64,000 nt of DNA from Actinomycetota bacterium (GCA_046735375.1 JBKPTD010000005.1:10132-74131); one strand, 5' to 3'; counted from the first letter of the stretch, positions 21,860 through 35,200 are shown. The notes: generated by a model not told the origin, from the letters alone. A program made the numbers and translations.

Positions 21860-23110
21860 GTGGTCTTCGAGGAGGGCAGGGCGGTGCAACTGAGCGAAAC
21901 GGTCGAGATCCGGGGTCATCTGTTGGACGCGGGGACTCTGACCAAGATCCTCGACGACATCAGAGACTACGACGGCGACTATGTGATCGAGCAGTTCGAT
22001 GTCGGCAAGGACCATGACGACGAGTCCTACGCCCGGATCACGGTAAGCGCGGCCGATGACCACCTCTCCAGGCTCGTGAACAGGCTTCAAAGCCACGGTG
22101 CCAATCCCATGGATCCCAGCGAGGTGGAGATCCGCGCGGCCGACGCCGACGGTGTCTTCCCAGACGACTTTTACTCGACCACCAACCTCGAGACATTCGT
22201 CCGGTTGGGCGGCGAGTGGATCCGAGTGGAAAACCCGGAGATGGATTGCGGACTCCTGGTCGTCGACAACCGAGTGCGGACGATCCCGGTAAGCGAGGTC
22301 ACATCCGGCGACCGGATCATTTGCGGGACCAATGGGGTGCGGGTCGTACCGGTTGCAGAGGTGGAGCGCGGCGGCAGCGCATTCGAGTTCATGAATTCCG
22401 AGGTCTCGTCGGAGAAGCCGCAGGCCGTGCTTGTCCGGCAGATTGCCGACCAGATGCGGGCGGTTAAGGCCGGCGGCGGCAAGATCCTCTGGGTCGGTGG
22501 ACCTGCCGTCGTGCACACCGGCGCCGCACCGGCGATGGTCGCGCTGGTCAAGGCGGGGTTCGTCGACGTGCTCTTCGCAGGAAACGCGCTGGCCACCCAC
22601 GACATCGAGGCGGCACTGTTCGGCACCTCGCTCGGCGTCGATCTATCCCGCGGTCGCGGCGTCGAGCACGGACACGAGCACCACATCCGGGCAATCAACA
22701 AGATCCGCCGAGCCGGCTCGATCGCCGCGGCAGTCGAGAACGGCGTGCTGACCGGCGGCGTGATGCACGCGATGGTCGAGGCCGGCAAGCGGTTTGTGCT
22801 GGTGGGTTCGGTTCGTGATGACGGCCCACTGCCTGAGGTCTACACCGACGTCATCGAGGGACAGCGAGCCATGCGCGCGGAGCTGTCAGGCGTCGGGTTC
22901 GCCATCATGGTCGCCACGATGCTGCACTCGGTCGCGACCGGCAACATCCTGCCGGCGTCGATCCCACTGGTCTGCGTCGACATCAACCAAGCGACTGTCA
23001 CCAAGCTCGCCGACCGGGGCTCGGCGCAGGCGCGAGGCCTCGTCACGGATATCGGTCTCTTCCTCGAACAGCTCGCCCTCGAACTCGTCCCTGACTACCG
23101 CCACCCCTAA
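21860..23110 (+). CDS. TIGR00300-family protein (LOR/SDH conserved domain; archaeal-type ornithine cyclodeaminase / arginine dihydrolase-like)
   Basis: The N-terminus shows the family pattern (VEIRGHLLDAGTLTKILD...YARITVSA), followed by a Rossmann-like GGPAVVHTG region. The start is probably GTG at 21860; the ORF as listed begins at 21635. Confidence 0.55.
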   Translation: MVFEEGRAVQLSETVEIRGHLLDAGTLTKILDDIRDYDGDYVIEQFDVGKDHDDESYARITVSAADDHLSRLVNRLQSHGANPMDPSEVEIRAADADGVFPDDFYSTTNLETFVRLGGEWIRVENPEMDCGLLVVDNRVRTIPVSEVTSGDRIICGTNGVRVVPVAEVERGGSAFEFMNSEVSSEKPQAVLVRQIADQMRAVKAGGGKILWVGGPAVVHTGAAPAMVALVKAGFVDVLFAGNALATHDIEAALFGTSLGVDLSRGRGVEHGHEHHIRAINKIRRAGSIAAAVENGVLTGGVMHAMVEAGKRFVLVGSVRDDGPLPEVYTDVIEGQRAMRAELSGVGFAIMVATMLHSVATGNILPASIPLVCVDINQATVTKLADRGSAQARGLVTDIGLFLEQLALELVPDYRHP

Positions 23111-23111
23111 T

Positions 23112-23135
23112 CCCGACCCTCGAACGAGGGTCGGG
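23112..23135 (+). terminator. Hairpin CCCGACCCTCG-aac-CGAGGGTCGGG immediately after the stop codon
   Basis: A perfect 11-bp stem 2 nt after the TAA stop. There is no U-tract, which is typical of high-GC intrinsic terminators. Confidence 0.5.
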
Positions 23136-23493
23136 AAGGCTGCAACCCGGGGGTCACGGGGCTTGGACGAGCATGATCCTGACCTCGCCGCCAGCGGGGT
23201 GGGAGAGGGTGACGACGAGGTCAGGAGAGTCCTATCGGTGCCGGGGCGAGGAGTGTTACGGGAGGCCCTCCCGCCGTTCCACGGCGACCTTGATCCACTG
23301 GTCTAGCTGACAGGATCGGAGCTACTCAGCTCGGATCGCTGGCCATTGACCCAGACCACATCGACCGTGTTCATCGATCGCTGGACCGGGAACCGGACTA
23401 GGTCGCACCATTTGGCTGGATCTCTGTCCAATGATCGACCAGAAGTGGCCTGCTAGTCGGGATGAGTGGCCAACGAATCAGCCGCCAGGTTGT

Positions 23494-24420
23494 TTACGCG
23501 AAGCCGGAGGGAGGCGACTCGTCGGGGCCGGACTGTTCGGCCAGGAAGCGCTCGAACTCGGCGCCGAGCTCCTCGGCGGTCGGCAGCGGACCAGGAGTCG
23601 TGAGCAGATTCGTGCTCTCCCGGCCGCGGACATAGGCGTCGTACTGCTGCTCGAGCGCCGTCACCAACGCGACAGCGTCGGTGTCCCCCTTGATCCGCTC
23701 GTCGATGTCGCCCCGCAGCTGCTCGGCCGCCGCATGCAGGCCCTCGGTGGGAAGCAGGAGTCCTGTCGCCTTGCTCACCGAATTCAGCACGAGTTCGGCA
23801 GCTGCGGGATAGTCCGTCTGCGCGAGGTAATGCGGCACATGGACGGCGAAGCCGATCGCGTCCCGCCCGTTGCGGCCCAACTCGTACTCGAGGAGATGGC
23901 CTGCGCTGCCCGGAACGAGCACCCGTTGCAGCCACGGCTCATACCCAGTGATCAGCTCACGGCGGGTGGCATGAGCAGTGATGCCTGTCGGCCGCGTATG
24001 CGGAACCGCCATCGGGATCGAGTTCAGACCGACCGTCAGCCGAACCGCGAGCCGCTCGATGATTTCTTGTACGGCCGCCGTGAAGCGGCGCCAGACCAAA
24101 TCCGGCTCGGGACCGGTGAGCAGGAGGAACGGCACACCAGCGCGGTCATGCAGCAGATGGATGGCCAGGGCCGGATCCTCGTAGTTCTCCCAGTGATCTT
24201 CCATGAAGGTCATGATCGGTCGCCGGGACCGGTAGTCGAGCAGCCGATCGATGTCGAAGGTTGCCACTGGGCGGGGGTCAAGCGTGGTCGTCAGGTGCTC
24301 CGCGGCCAGCCTGGTCGAGCCGCCGGCGTCGACGAACCCGGTCATCGCTTGGATCAGAACCGGCCGGCCGAGCTCGGGCAGATCGGTAGCGAGCTCGTAG
24401 AGCTCATCAGGAGCGGGCAA
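23494..24420 (-). CDS. PAC2-family protein (proteasome assembly chaperone-like)
   Basis: Family-like motifs are present (LYEL...PVLIQAMTGFVDAGG, GSAGHLLEYEL). A TTG start at 24420 follows a GGAGG Shine-Dalgarno. Confidence 0.55.
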   Translation of the reverse strand: MPAPDELYELATDLPELGRPVLIQAMTGFVDAGGSTRLAAEHLTTTLDPRPVATFDIDRLLDYRSRRPIMTFMEDHWENYEDPALAIHLLHDRAGVPFLLLTGPEPDLVWRRFTAAVQEIIERLAVRLTVGLNSIPMAVPHTRPTGITAHATRRELITGYEPWLQRVLVPGSAGHLLEYELGRNGRDAIGFAVHVPHYLAQTDYPAAAELVLNSVSKATGLLLPTEGLHAAAEQLRGDIDERIKGDTDAVALVTALEQQYDAYVRGRESTNLLTTPGPLPTAEELGAEFERFLAEQSGPDESPPSGFA

Positions 24421-24487
24421 CAGTGACGACCTCCAAGGCGTACCGCGCAATGGTGCAACACCAGTGTGAACGCGCGAGCTCCGGCCG

Positions 24488-25347
24488 CTAGTCCCGGGGC
24501 CGCACGAGGTCCCCTCTGGCCTGCTGCGCAGGCACACGAACGGTGGCCAGGACAGGGCGATGATCGCTAGCGACATCAAGACCAGGAAGATGCTCCGGTA
24601 CGCCGCATCGGACGACCTCGGTCTGATCGGAAACGAAGATGCCGTCGATCCGCTTATAGGGGTGCTTGGCGTTGCTCGTGAATTCGCCGCCCCACGGTGC
24701 CGCGGGATAGGCGTCGCGAAGCTTGGTGGCTAGGGCCCGCCACGATTCGCCGGTGGGGCGCTCATTGATATCGCCGGCCACGATGACATGTGGCGTGCCG
24801 ACGCCGGGAAGCGAGGCGACTCGGTCCACGTGTCCGAGCACCTCGTCGACCTGCTCCCTCCGCTCTTGCGCGAGGAGGGACAGGTGGATGCTGGCGACGC
24901 ACAGTCGAGCGGTTGTCGGGACGGGTCCCTGGCCAATACCGGGAATATCGACGATGGCTACGGCCACACCGCGCTGGTGAAGGCCGGGCAGCTTGGTCAG
25001 CTCGCGGTTCTCCGCATAGACCACCTGCGTTCGCAGGCTTCCGAGGAGCAGCATGGCACCGGCGGCCCGGCCCCCGGTGAGGACGACAAGGCCGCTCTCG
25101 TGAGCCAGCCAGGCGCATTTGGTGCGCCAGCGGAAGAACCGTGGAGCCTCCTGGATGCATGCGATGTCTGGGTCACAGTCGCGGATCACCTGGAACAGTG
25201 CCTGTGTGTCGTCCCGCATCGACCGGATGTTGTACGAGAGCACGCGCAGCTCCACGGTTCCGGCCGCGGGCTCGTCGACGCTCGCCAGTGCGCTGTCGCC
25301 AGCCGTTGCCGATGTACCTGCAGGCGGGACGACCTCATCGGTCATCC
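24488..25347 (-). CDS. Endonuclease/exonuclease/phosphatase (EEP) family protein, last gene of the iol/ABC operon
   Basis: Carries EEP motifs (RVLSYNIR, CIQEA, GDINE, SDHRPV). Its start lies 25 nt after the ABC ATPase stop. Confidence 0.65.
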
Positions 25348-25371
25348 CGCCTGCAGGTTCGGGCGTCGCGG

Positions 25372-26210
25372 TCAAAGATCCTCCGCAATCGCGGCGCGGC
25401 GGAGCTCGTGCTCGAGCTGCTCGATCTCCGCGCCACCGGCCATTTGCTGGGTCAGCTCGTCGCGGGAGATGTTCGCCTTGGCGAAGTCGCCGACGCCGCG
25501 CCCGCGCTTGAGGATGATGAAGTGGTCGCCCACCGGATAGGCGTGATGCGGGTTGTGAGTGATGAAGATCACGCCGAGCCCGCGGTCGCGGGCCGCGGCG
25601 ATCCGGCCGAGCACGACCCCCGCCTGTTTGACACCCAGCGCTGAGGTCGGCTCGTCGAGAATCAGCACTCGCGCGCCGTGGTAGGCGGCTCTGGCGATGG
25701 CGACACATTGCCGCTCACCACCGGAGAGCGTTCCGACAGGCTGATCGACGTCGCGGATGTCGATGCCCATGGCAGCCATCTCCCGGCGGGCGACATCGCG
25801 CGCCATCGACACATCGAAGCGACGCATCGGACCCCCGCCTTTGGTGGGCTCGGAGCCGAGGAAGAAGTTCCGCCACACTGACATCAGCGGGATCATCGCA
25901 AGGTCCTGGTAGACCGTGGCGATGCCGCGATCGAGTGCCTCACGCGGCGAGGAGAACCGCACCGGCTCGCCATCGATGGAATACACACCCTCGTCGGGTT
26001 GGTGGACGCCAGACAAGATCTTGATCAGCGTGGACTTGCCGGCGCCGTTGTCGCCGAGGATGCAGGTCACGCTGCCCGCCCTCACCACGGCGGACACTTC
26101 GGAGAGCGCGATGACCGAACCGAAGTATTTGGAGACGCGGTCGACCTCGAGTAGCGGCGGAGCTTGGACCGGAGGGACGGTCTTTTCCTCGACCGACGGT
26201 GTGGTCATCG
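25372..26210 (-). CDS. Sugar (putative inositol) ABC transporter ATP-binding protein, single NBD
   Basis: Walker A (GDNGAGKST), signature (LSGGERQ) and Walker B (ILDEPT) motifs are present. The MTTPSV start overlaps the permease stop (ATGA). Confidence 0.8.
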
Positions 26211-27245
26211 TCGTGTCCTCTCCGCGTAGCGCCGGACAAAAGCGTTGGTCAAGGCCGCTAGCAACAGCATCACTCCGAGGAAGAACTTGAACCAGTCCGC
26301 GTCCCACCCAGCGAAGATGATGCCGCGATCGGCCATCCCGAAGATGATCGCGCCAACCGATGCCCCGATGGCGGAGCCATAGCCTCCGGTCAGCAGGCAG
26401 CCGCCGATGACCGCTGCGATGATGAAGATGAACTCCTGACCGATACCGGTGTTGGCCTGCACCGACGTCAGTCGGACCGCATTGATCGTGCCGACCAGCC
26501 ACGCCGCGCCGGCGGTCGTCATGAACAGTGCGATCTTGGTCCGTGAAGCGGGCACTCCTACCGATCTCGCGGCCTGGGCGTTCCCGCCCACCGCGAAGAT
26601 CCAGTTCCCCGGCCTGGTCCGCATGAGTATCCACGTCGCGAGGGCAGTGATCGCGATCCACCACAGAATCGCAACCCGGAAATCGGCACCGAAGATGTGG
26701 AAGGTGCGGGCGAAGACCGAGTGCGCAGCGTCGTAACCGTCTGCCCGGCCTAGCCCGCTCACTTGCACGGTGTCGGTCAGTGCCTTGGTAACCCCGAGGT
26801 TGAGACCCTGCAGCATAAGGAACGTACCCAGCGTCACGATAAAGCTGGGCAAGCCGGTCCTGATCACGACCACGCCGTTGAATGCGCCGACAACCAGCGC
26901 GATGGCAAGCGCCGCGGCCATGGCGTACCAGACGTTCCAGCCGTACTTGGTGGAAAGGATGGCAATGGTCAGACCGGTGGTGCCGGTCATGACACCAGCC
27001 GAGATGTCGAACTCGCCGCCGATCATGAGCAGTCCGACGGCAACGGCCATGATGCCGTAGGTCGAGGCGATGTCGAGCCAGTTCGAGATGCCCGCGGCCG
27101 AGCTGAAGACCGACGACTGAGCGGCGAAGAAGATGAAGACGACGATCGCGCCGATGACCGAGGCAAGTTCAGGGCGAACGAGGAGGCGCCGTAGCAGGCC
27201 GACGTGTGCAACCCGCTCGTCGACCGGTGGTGCAGCAGTAGTCAT
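26205..27245 (-). CDS. Sugar ABC transporter permease (RbsC/CUT2-like)
   Basis: About 10 TM helices and a permease signature typical of monosaccharide ABC importers. Confidence 0.75.
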   Translation of the reverse strand: MTTAAPPVDERVAHVGLLRRLLVRPELASVIGAIVVFIFFAAQSSVFSSAAGISNWLDIASTYGIMAVAVGLLMIGGEFDISAGVMTGTTGLTIAILSTKYGWNVWYAMAAALAIALVVGAFNGVVVIRTGLPSFIVTLGTFLMLQGLNLGVTKALTDTVQVSGLGRADGYDAAHSVFARTFHIFGADFRVAILWWIAITALATWILMRTRPGNWIFAVGGNAQAARSVGVPASRTKIALFMTTAGAAWLVGTINAVRLTSVQANTGIGQEFIFIIAAVIGGCLLTGGYGSAIGASVGAIIFGMADRGIIFAGWDADWFKFFLGVMLLLAALTNAFVRRYAERTRR

Positions 27246-27363
27246 GGACGTCCCTCCCGCGGGAGATCAAGCACGAGCGCCCGTCCCCCCGATCAAGGAG
27301 CTCTGCCGTCTCGGCCTGAGGCGACCGTTGCTCCTTGATCGGCGAGGACGCTAGGCGGCGAGG

Positions 27364-28340
27364 CTAGCGGGTGCCCTGCTGAGCCAGCTGCGCGACCGTG
27401 TCGGCGTTGTCCTTCGTGACGAAGCCGGGACCGGTGAGCACGGGCTGACCGCCGCCCACGGTGTTGAGGTTGTTCTTGTACAGGTAGAGGAACACGATCG
27501 GCAGGTAGCCCTGCAGATACTGCTGCTGGTCGACGGCGAAGAGGATCTCGCCGTTCTTGATCGCGTCCACGACGTCGGCCGAGAGGTCGAAGGTTGCGAG
27601 CTTCGCCTTCGAGCTCGAGTCCTTGATCGCATCGCGGGCACTGATGGCGACACCTGGGTTGAGCGTCAGGACGCCGTCGATCGACTTGTCCGACTGCAGC
27701 TTGGCCGAGATCTTGGATGACGCGTCGGCCAGGTTGGTCCCGTCCACCTGCAGGTTCTCCACACTGCCGCCGAGAGTCGCCTTGGCACCGTTGCACCGCT
27801 GCTCAAGCCCGACGTTGCCGGCTTCGTGCACGACGCACAGGAGCTTCGTGACGCCCGCTTCCTTCATTTTCTCGCCCGCACCCTGACCGGCGATGTCCTC
27901 GGACTGGCCGACGTGCGTGATCGCGCCGAACTCCTTGGACCGGTCCTGGCCGGAGTTGATGGTGATGACGGGAATACCTGCCTGCACCGCCTTCTCGATC
28001 GACTCCTTGAGCGCGTCCGGGTTGGCCATCGACACGACGAGGCCGTCGACCTTCTGGGCCACCGCTGCGTCGATGAGCTGTGACTGCTGGGCCGGGTCGC
28101 CGTTTCCGTTGTAGTTCACCTTGATGCCGTACTGCTTGCCGGCCGCTTCCGCGCCGTTCTTTACGACATCCCAGAATGCGTCGCCGGCTCCCGCGTGGAC
28201 GACCACCGCGATCGTCATGTTCGCGGCCTGGCCCGCGTTGGTCTGCTGAGCCTGGCCGTTGTCGTCGTCACCCGAACAGGCGGCGAAGACGAGCGGAGCC
28301 GCAAGGGCGAGGGCGAGCAACCGTGTCCTAGTTCTCATCT
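27364..28340 (-). CDS. Periplasmic sugar-binding lipoprotein (putative myo-inositol binding, PBP type I)
   Basis: Lipoprotein signal peptide (MRTRTRLLALALAAPLVFAAC) followed by an RbsB-like binding fold. Confidence 0.7.
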
Positions 28341-28370
28341 GGTGGTCCCTTCTGGCGTCCTTGCCTTGCC

Positions 28371-30235
<1,865 letters not shown>

Positions 30236-30239
<4 letters not shown>

Positions 30240-31135
30240 TCACCACCCTCCCGACGAGGTGAGCGATCCTGTCCTCTGGCCACCGTGGCGTCGGGAATCG
30301 CCGCGCTCGTCATCGGCAGCCGCGTATCGACCTGCGCCGGGGTCCAGCTGTCGCGAATCCAGGTGTGGCACGGATCGTCACGGAACGCCATCGTCCGCTG
30401 TTCGGCCGGTCCTGCGAGGACATTCAGGTAGTACATGTCGTAGCCGGGCGCAGCCATCGACGGACCGTGATAGCCATGCGGGACGAGGACCACATCGCCG
30501 CTGCGCACCTCGCGCAAGACATCGATCGGTTTTCCCGGCGAGCCGTACACCCGCTGCATCCCGAAGCCGTGCTCGCCGGCGATCTCAAAGTAGTAGATCT
30601 CCTCGAGGATCGCCTCATCGTCACCGGCTGTGTCGTGCTTGTGCGGTGGATAACTCGACCAGTTCCCGCCGGGTGTCAGCACCTCGACGGCGGTGAGCTT
30701 CACCGTCTCGAATGCGCCGGGGGCGCAGAAGTTGTTGACCTGGCGGCTGGCCGGGCCGGCACCGCGCAGCTCGACGGGGACGTCCTCGGCCTTGCCGTAC
30801 CGCGGCTCGAGCTGCCTCTCGCACCGGGCGGTGGGCAGCGCATAGCGGCCGCCGAGCGGTGCGGTTACCGATGCGGCTGCGCCCATCGGCAGGTAGGCGA
30901 AGTCGGTGACGCGCGCGAAGACCGAGGCGCGTCCCTCGAGCTCGATGATCACACCGCCGCACTCGATCCTGGCCGGTCCTCCGGCCAGCGGCAGAACTAG
31001 CAGCTCGTCGTCGCCCGGCGGCAACTCGACCGAGCCCTTAGGCGGAAGGTCGAGCATTTGGAGCCCGGCGTAGCCCCAGCCCGCCGCCGCCGGCGTCACC
31101 AGTGTTGTCAGCATCAAGCTACCGGCCGCAGTCAT
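30236..31135 (-). CDS. iolB: 5-deoxy-glucuronate isomerase (IolB)
   Basis: Cupin-type IolB motifs (EEIYYFE, HGYHGP). Its ATG at 31135 overlaps the upstream stop, and its stop overlaps the iolD start. Confidence 0.75.
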
Positions 31136-32166
31136 ACCGCCTGCGCCCCTCGAGCCGCGATATCGGCAGCTTCGGAACCCTGGGAACCGCCGGGAGTGCC
31201 CCCGGCCAGAAGCGAGACGGCTCGGTCGACGGCGGCGTCCACGTCGTCGTCCGGCGGGTAGAGCAAGGCGCGCCCAGCGACGATGCCGCGGACGGTCGGA
31301 AGAGATAGCGCCGTCGTCCACCGTTCGAACATCTCGTCGGCCTCGTCCTCGGACTCGCCGGCGTCTCCGCCGAGGAGGAGCACAGGCAGCGTCGACGCTG
31401 CGAGCACTCGTTCCATATCGTCGACGACGGGAAGCTTGAGCCAGCTGTAGGCGGAGGTCGTACCGAGCCCCGACGCAACGGCAATCGACCTCGCCACGGC
31501 ATCGGCGGTGAGGTCGTGGCGGACTCGTCCAGCTGAGACGACCGACGCCCGGCGGCCGCCAACTGGGAGTCCACCTTTCGTCGAACTCGCACGCGGGGCC
31601 GGCGATGCGCCTTCCCCGCTGGCCCAGAACGGCTCGACCATGGCCATCAGCCGGTGGGCGGCGAGGTCGCTGATCGCATCAGCGCACGACTCGAGCGTGC
31701 GAACGGTGGCGGGATCGGCAAGGTCGATGCGAAGCAGCATCTTCCCGCCATCGAAGCCCATCGCTGCGAGGGAAGCCGCGGTATAACCGGTGAACCGGTC
31801 GTCCAGCTCGAACACCGAACCTGCGAGCCCGCCCCGGTTCATCGAGCCAACCACCAGCTTGTCGTCGAGCGCCTTGAGAATCAGCAGATCTTCCAGGATG
31901 TCGGCGGTGGCGAGCACCCCGTCGACGCCGGGGCGGTTCAGGGCCGCGACCAGCCGGTTCAGCAGGTCCAGGCGGTCGGCCATCGCCCACGGGCGGCCGC
32001 CTGCACCCAACGACGCCCGCGCCGGGTGGTCGGCAGCGATGATCATGAGACTGCCGGTGGCACTGACGAGTTCTGGCCGCCGGCGGCGGGCGACCGCCGC
32101 CTCGGCGATCGCCTCGGGGTGCCGCGCGCGAACATCCGCGAGAGCACGGGCCTGCCGTTCATCCAT
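31132..32166 (-). CDS. DUF2090 class-I aldolase-like protein (putative 5-dehydro-2-deoxyphosphogluconate aldolase, IolJ-equivalent)
   Basis: It sits between iolC and iolB, where actinobacterial iol clusters carry the DUF2090 aldolase (often fused to IolC). Its start overlaps the iolC stop (ATGGATGA). Confidence 0.6.
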   Translation of the reverse strand: MDERQARALADVRARHPEAIAEAAVARRRRPELVSATGSLMIIAADHPARASLGAGGRPWAMADRLDLLNRLVAALNRPGVDGVLATADILEDLLILKALDDKLVVGSMNRGGLAGSVFELDDRFTGYTAASLAAMGFDGGKMLLRIDLADPATVRTLESCADAISDLAAHRLMAMVEPFWASGEGASPAPRASSTKGGLPVGGRRASVVSAGRVRHDLTADAVARSIAVASGLGTTSAYSWLKLPVVDDMERVLAASTLPVLLLGGDAGESEDEADEMFERWTTALSLPTVRGIVAGRALLYPPDDDVDAAVDRAVSLLAGGTPGGSQGSEAADIAARGAQAV

Positions 32167-33175
32167 CGCGCTCGCCAGCCCCGGATAGCAGCTCGAGGAC
32201 CTCATGTTCGTACGGCATCGCCGCCGAGCAGGCAATCTTGGTCGCGACGATCGCCCCCGCCGCGTTCGCAAACCGAATGGTCCGCTCGAGTTCCCAGCCG
32301 CGAATCAGGCCGAGGCAGAGGGCTCCGCCAAAAGCGTCACCGGCGCCGAGGCCGTTGACGACCTCGACGGGGATCGAAGGCACCTCGACCTTCTCGACCG
32401 CGGTTCTGGCCAGCACCCCGTCCGGCCCCTGCTTCACTACAGCGAGCGCGACGCCGCGGTCGAGCAGTGCCTCCGCCGCGGCGGGTGGATCCGCGACCCC
32501 CACCGCGGTCTCGCACTCGTCGAGATTCCCCACCGCCACTGTCGCATGCGGCAGGGCGTCCGCGAGCGCCGCCCGGGCCGCATCACGACTCGGCCAGAAC
32601 ATCGGCCGGTAATCCAGATCGAGGATGGTCGCCGTCCGGGCGCCGACGGCGGCGCCGTCCGACCTGGCGCGCAGCGCCGCGAGCGTGGCGCTGCGGCTGG
32701 GCTCTTGGCAAAGCCCGGTGCCGGTCACCCACAGGATGTCGGCCTGTGCCAACGCATCGAGGTCGAGCTCGTCGGTGCTGATCTGGAGATCGGGGGCAGT
32801 CGGAAACCGGTAGAAGTAGAGCGGGAAGTCGTCAGGAGGCATGATTGCGCAGAATGTCACCGGTGTCGGAAGTCCGTCGACGGCGCTCACCCATCTGTCG
32901 TCGACCCCGAAGTCCCGCAACGCCGCATGGATATATGTCCCGAAGGGGTCGGCACCCGTTCTCGTAACCACTGCAGTGGTCAGCCCGAGCCGCGCCGCCG
33001 CGACCGCCACATTGGTCGCGCTCCCTCCGACATAGCGGGTGAAGTGCTCTACCTGATCGAGCGGCAGACCGACCTGGTCGGGGTAAACGTCGACACCGAT
33101 CCGGCCGATGGTCACCACGTCGAAGGCTGGCACCCCGGTCCCCGTCATCGACTGCCGGGCGGTCATGGCTGCCAC
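32159..33175 (-). CDS. iolC: 5-dehydro-2-deoxygluconokinase, PfkB family (IolC)
   Basis: PfkB motifs are present (VVTIGRIGVDVY, GGSATNVAVA, NGLGAGDAFGGA). Confidence 0.75.
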   Translation of the reverse strand: MAAMTARQSMTGTGVPAFDVVTIGRIGVDVYPDQVGLPLDQVEHFTRYVGGSATNVAVAAARLGLTTAVVTRTGADPFGTYIHAALRDFGVDDRWVSAVDGLPTPVTFCAIMPPDDFPLYFYRFPTAPDLQISTDELDLDALAQADILWVTGTGLCQEPSRSATLAALRARSDGAAVGARTATILDLDYRPMFWPSRDAARAALADALPHATVAVGNLDECETAVGVADPPAAAEALLDRGVALAVVKQGPDGVLARTAVEKVEVPSIPVEVVNGLGAGDAFGGALCLGLIRGWELERTIRFANAAGAIVATKIACSAAMPYEHEVLELLSGAGERDG

Positions 33176-34124
33176 TCGCCGGTGTCGCAGCCCAAGGGGG
33201 CGGCCTTCTCAAGCCCGGCCGCGCCAAGGTCCCGGTCCCGCCGCGGCGACCCGAGCTGGCCAAGGAAGTCGAGGCTGGCCTGGACGTCAGCAACTGGACC
33301 CGCCCGCTGGCGCGGTTCGGATTCGAGCCGTTGATCCTGCTCGATGACATACCAGCCCTGATATCCGGCGGACTCGAGGGCACGGACCGTCGCCGCTATG
33401 TGGGCCGCTCCTGTGCCGAGGCGAACGTACATGCCGCTACGGACGCCCTCCGCGTACCCGAGATCGCCTTGGCGGACCTTACCGGCGAGACCGGGTTCGG
33501 CGTCCTTGAGGTGGACGTGGGCGATCCGATCAGCAGTAGCGCCCGCAAACGACGCCGGTGAGCCGCCCCCGACGAAGTAGTGGCCCGTGTCGAGGCAGAG
33601 CGGGATCGCTGCGCCGTCGAGGACGCGCTGGACGTCACCCGGTCTTTCCACGGCAGTGCCCATATGCGGATGGAGGACGGCCTTCACCCCGTGATCGTCC
33701 GCCGCGCCGGCCGCGTGATCAAGAGTCTCCAGCAGCCGCCGCCACTGCGCGCCGTCGAGCACGGTGTGGCCGTCGTAGCCCTCACGCCCGTACTCCGCCG
33801 CGAGGACCAGCAGGGTCGCGCCTGCTGTGGCGAATGCATCGGCCACCCGCGCGACCACTGGGACGGGGTCGACGCGGGCGTCGTGCAGGACGACCGGAAC
33901 GAACCCACCGATCCCGGTGATTCCGTATCCGCGCAGCAACTGGTTGCGGGCGGCCGGGTCGTGAGGCAGGAAACCGTCGGGACCGAACTCCATGGCCGAT
34001 AGCCCGAGCTCGCGTATCTCGGCGAGCACCCGCTGCCGGCTCATCTGGTGACCCCAGCCGGGGACCTCGCTGACTCCCCAGGAAATCGGCGCGGCGGCCA
34101 CCCGTGCCCGGATTCCTATCATGT
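33163..34124 (-). CDS. iolE: Inosose dehydratase / sugar-phosphate isomerase-epimerase TIM-barrel (IolE-like)
   Basis: Xylose-isomerase-like TIM-barrel fold (HVHLKD, metal-binding His/Asp/Glu). Its position between iolG and iolC fits IolE, but IolI cannot be excluded. The ORF's N-terminal extension to 34626 looks spurious. Confidence 0.6.
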
Positions 34125-34198
34125 GGCCCTGCTTTGGGCCGTCGCCGGCCGGTGTGACGGCGACCTGATCCGCCGAGCGGATGACGCAGCCGTGGGGG

Positions 34199-35200
34199 TC
34201 ATCCGTCGATCTCCGCGATCTCGACCCGGCGCGCTTGCCGGCGTGACAGCTCTGCCGCCTCTGCAACGAGCAGTGCCGCAAGGGCGTCGTCGGCTGAGCA
34301 GGGGCTGTCGATCGACCCGCGGGCATAGTCGAGGAAGGCTGACAGCTCGGCCTCGTAGGCGCCGGCGAACCGGTCAAGGAATGTCCGGTACGGAGCGTGG
34401 CGAGGCCATGGAACGTCCACGTCGGCGGACCGCAGCGGACTGCGGTCGTTGAGGCCGACGGCCAGCGTCCCGCGTGTGCCGGCGAGTTCCAGCCGGACAT
34501 CGCAGCCCGCGCCGTTGTAGCGGGTGCCGGTGACAACGGCGAGCGATCCGTCGTCCATGACGAGGATGGCGGCCGTCGTGTCGACATCACCGGCGTCCCT
34601 GATGAACGCGGCCCCCGTGTTCGCACCTACCGCCTGCACCGACGAGACCTCACGACCGGTGACGAAGCGGATCGCATCAAAGTCGTGGATGTGCATGTCC
34701 CGGAACTGCCCGCCGGAGGTCGGTATGTAGTCCGGATGCGGCGGTGCAGGATCGGCCGTTATGGCTCGCAGGGTGTGGACCTGGCCAAGGGCACCGCCCT
34801 GGTAGTCGCGGCGGGCGGCCCGGTAACCAGCGTCGAATCGACGTTGGAAACCGACCTGGAGCGGGACCTGAGCCGCGGAGACCTCCGCCATGACCGAGCG
34901 CGTGGTGGCGAGGTCCAGCGCGATGGGCTTCTCGCAGAAAACCGGGACCCTGGCATCGACGGCGGCCCGAATAAGGCCGGCGTGAGTCGCGGTCGGGGTC
35001 GCAATGACCACGCCGTCCAGCGGACCGCTCGCAGCCGCGGCAAAGTCGTCCACCTGGCGAGCGCCGATCTTCCCCGCGAGTGCCTTGGCCCTGGCGAGGT
35101 CGGCATCGGCCACCAGCACCTTGGACACAGCCGAATGCCTGGTTAGCAGAGCGGCGTGGAACGCGCCTATTCGGCCCGCGCCGAGCACCACTATCCGCAT
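34199..35200 (-). CDS. iolG: myo-inositol 2-dehydrogenase, Gfo/Idh/MocA family (IolG)
   Basis: Begins MRIVVLGAGRIGAFHA with the Rossmann, EKP and FQRRFD motifs. It is the first gene of the operon. Confidence 0.8.
   Translation of the reverse strand: MRIVVLGAGRIGAFHAALLTRHSAVSKVLVADADLARAKALAGKIGARQVDDFAAAASGPLDGVVIATPTATHAGLIRAAVDARVPVFCEKPIALDLATTRSVMAEVSAAQVPLQVGFQRRFDAGYRAARRDYQGGALGQVHTLRAITADPAPPHPDYIPTSGGQFRDMHIHDFDAIRFVTGREVSSVQAVGANTGAAFIRDAGDVDTTAAILVMDDGSLAVVTGTRYNGAGCDVRLELAGTRGTLAVGLNDRSPLRSADVDVPWPRHAPYRTFLDRFAGAYEAELSAFLDYARGSIDSPCSADDALAALLVAEAAELSRRQARRVEIAEIDG

Noticed and set aside
23136-23493. About 360-bp apparently non-coding gap between the TIGR00300 terminator and the PAC2 gene 3' end; considered as a possible sRNA or missed small gene.
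   Set aside because: There is no conserved-looking structure, promoter-like AT-rich segment or Shine-Dalgarno-preceded small ORF, and the ORFs in the region are low-complexity. It is left unannotated, though expression data could revise this.
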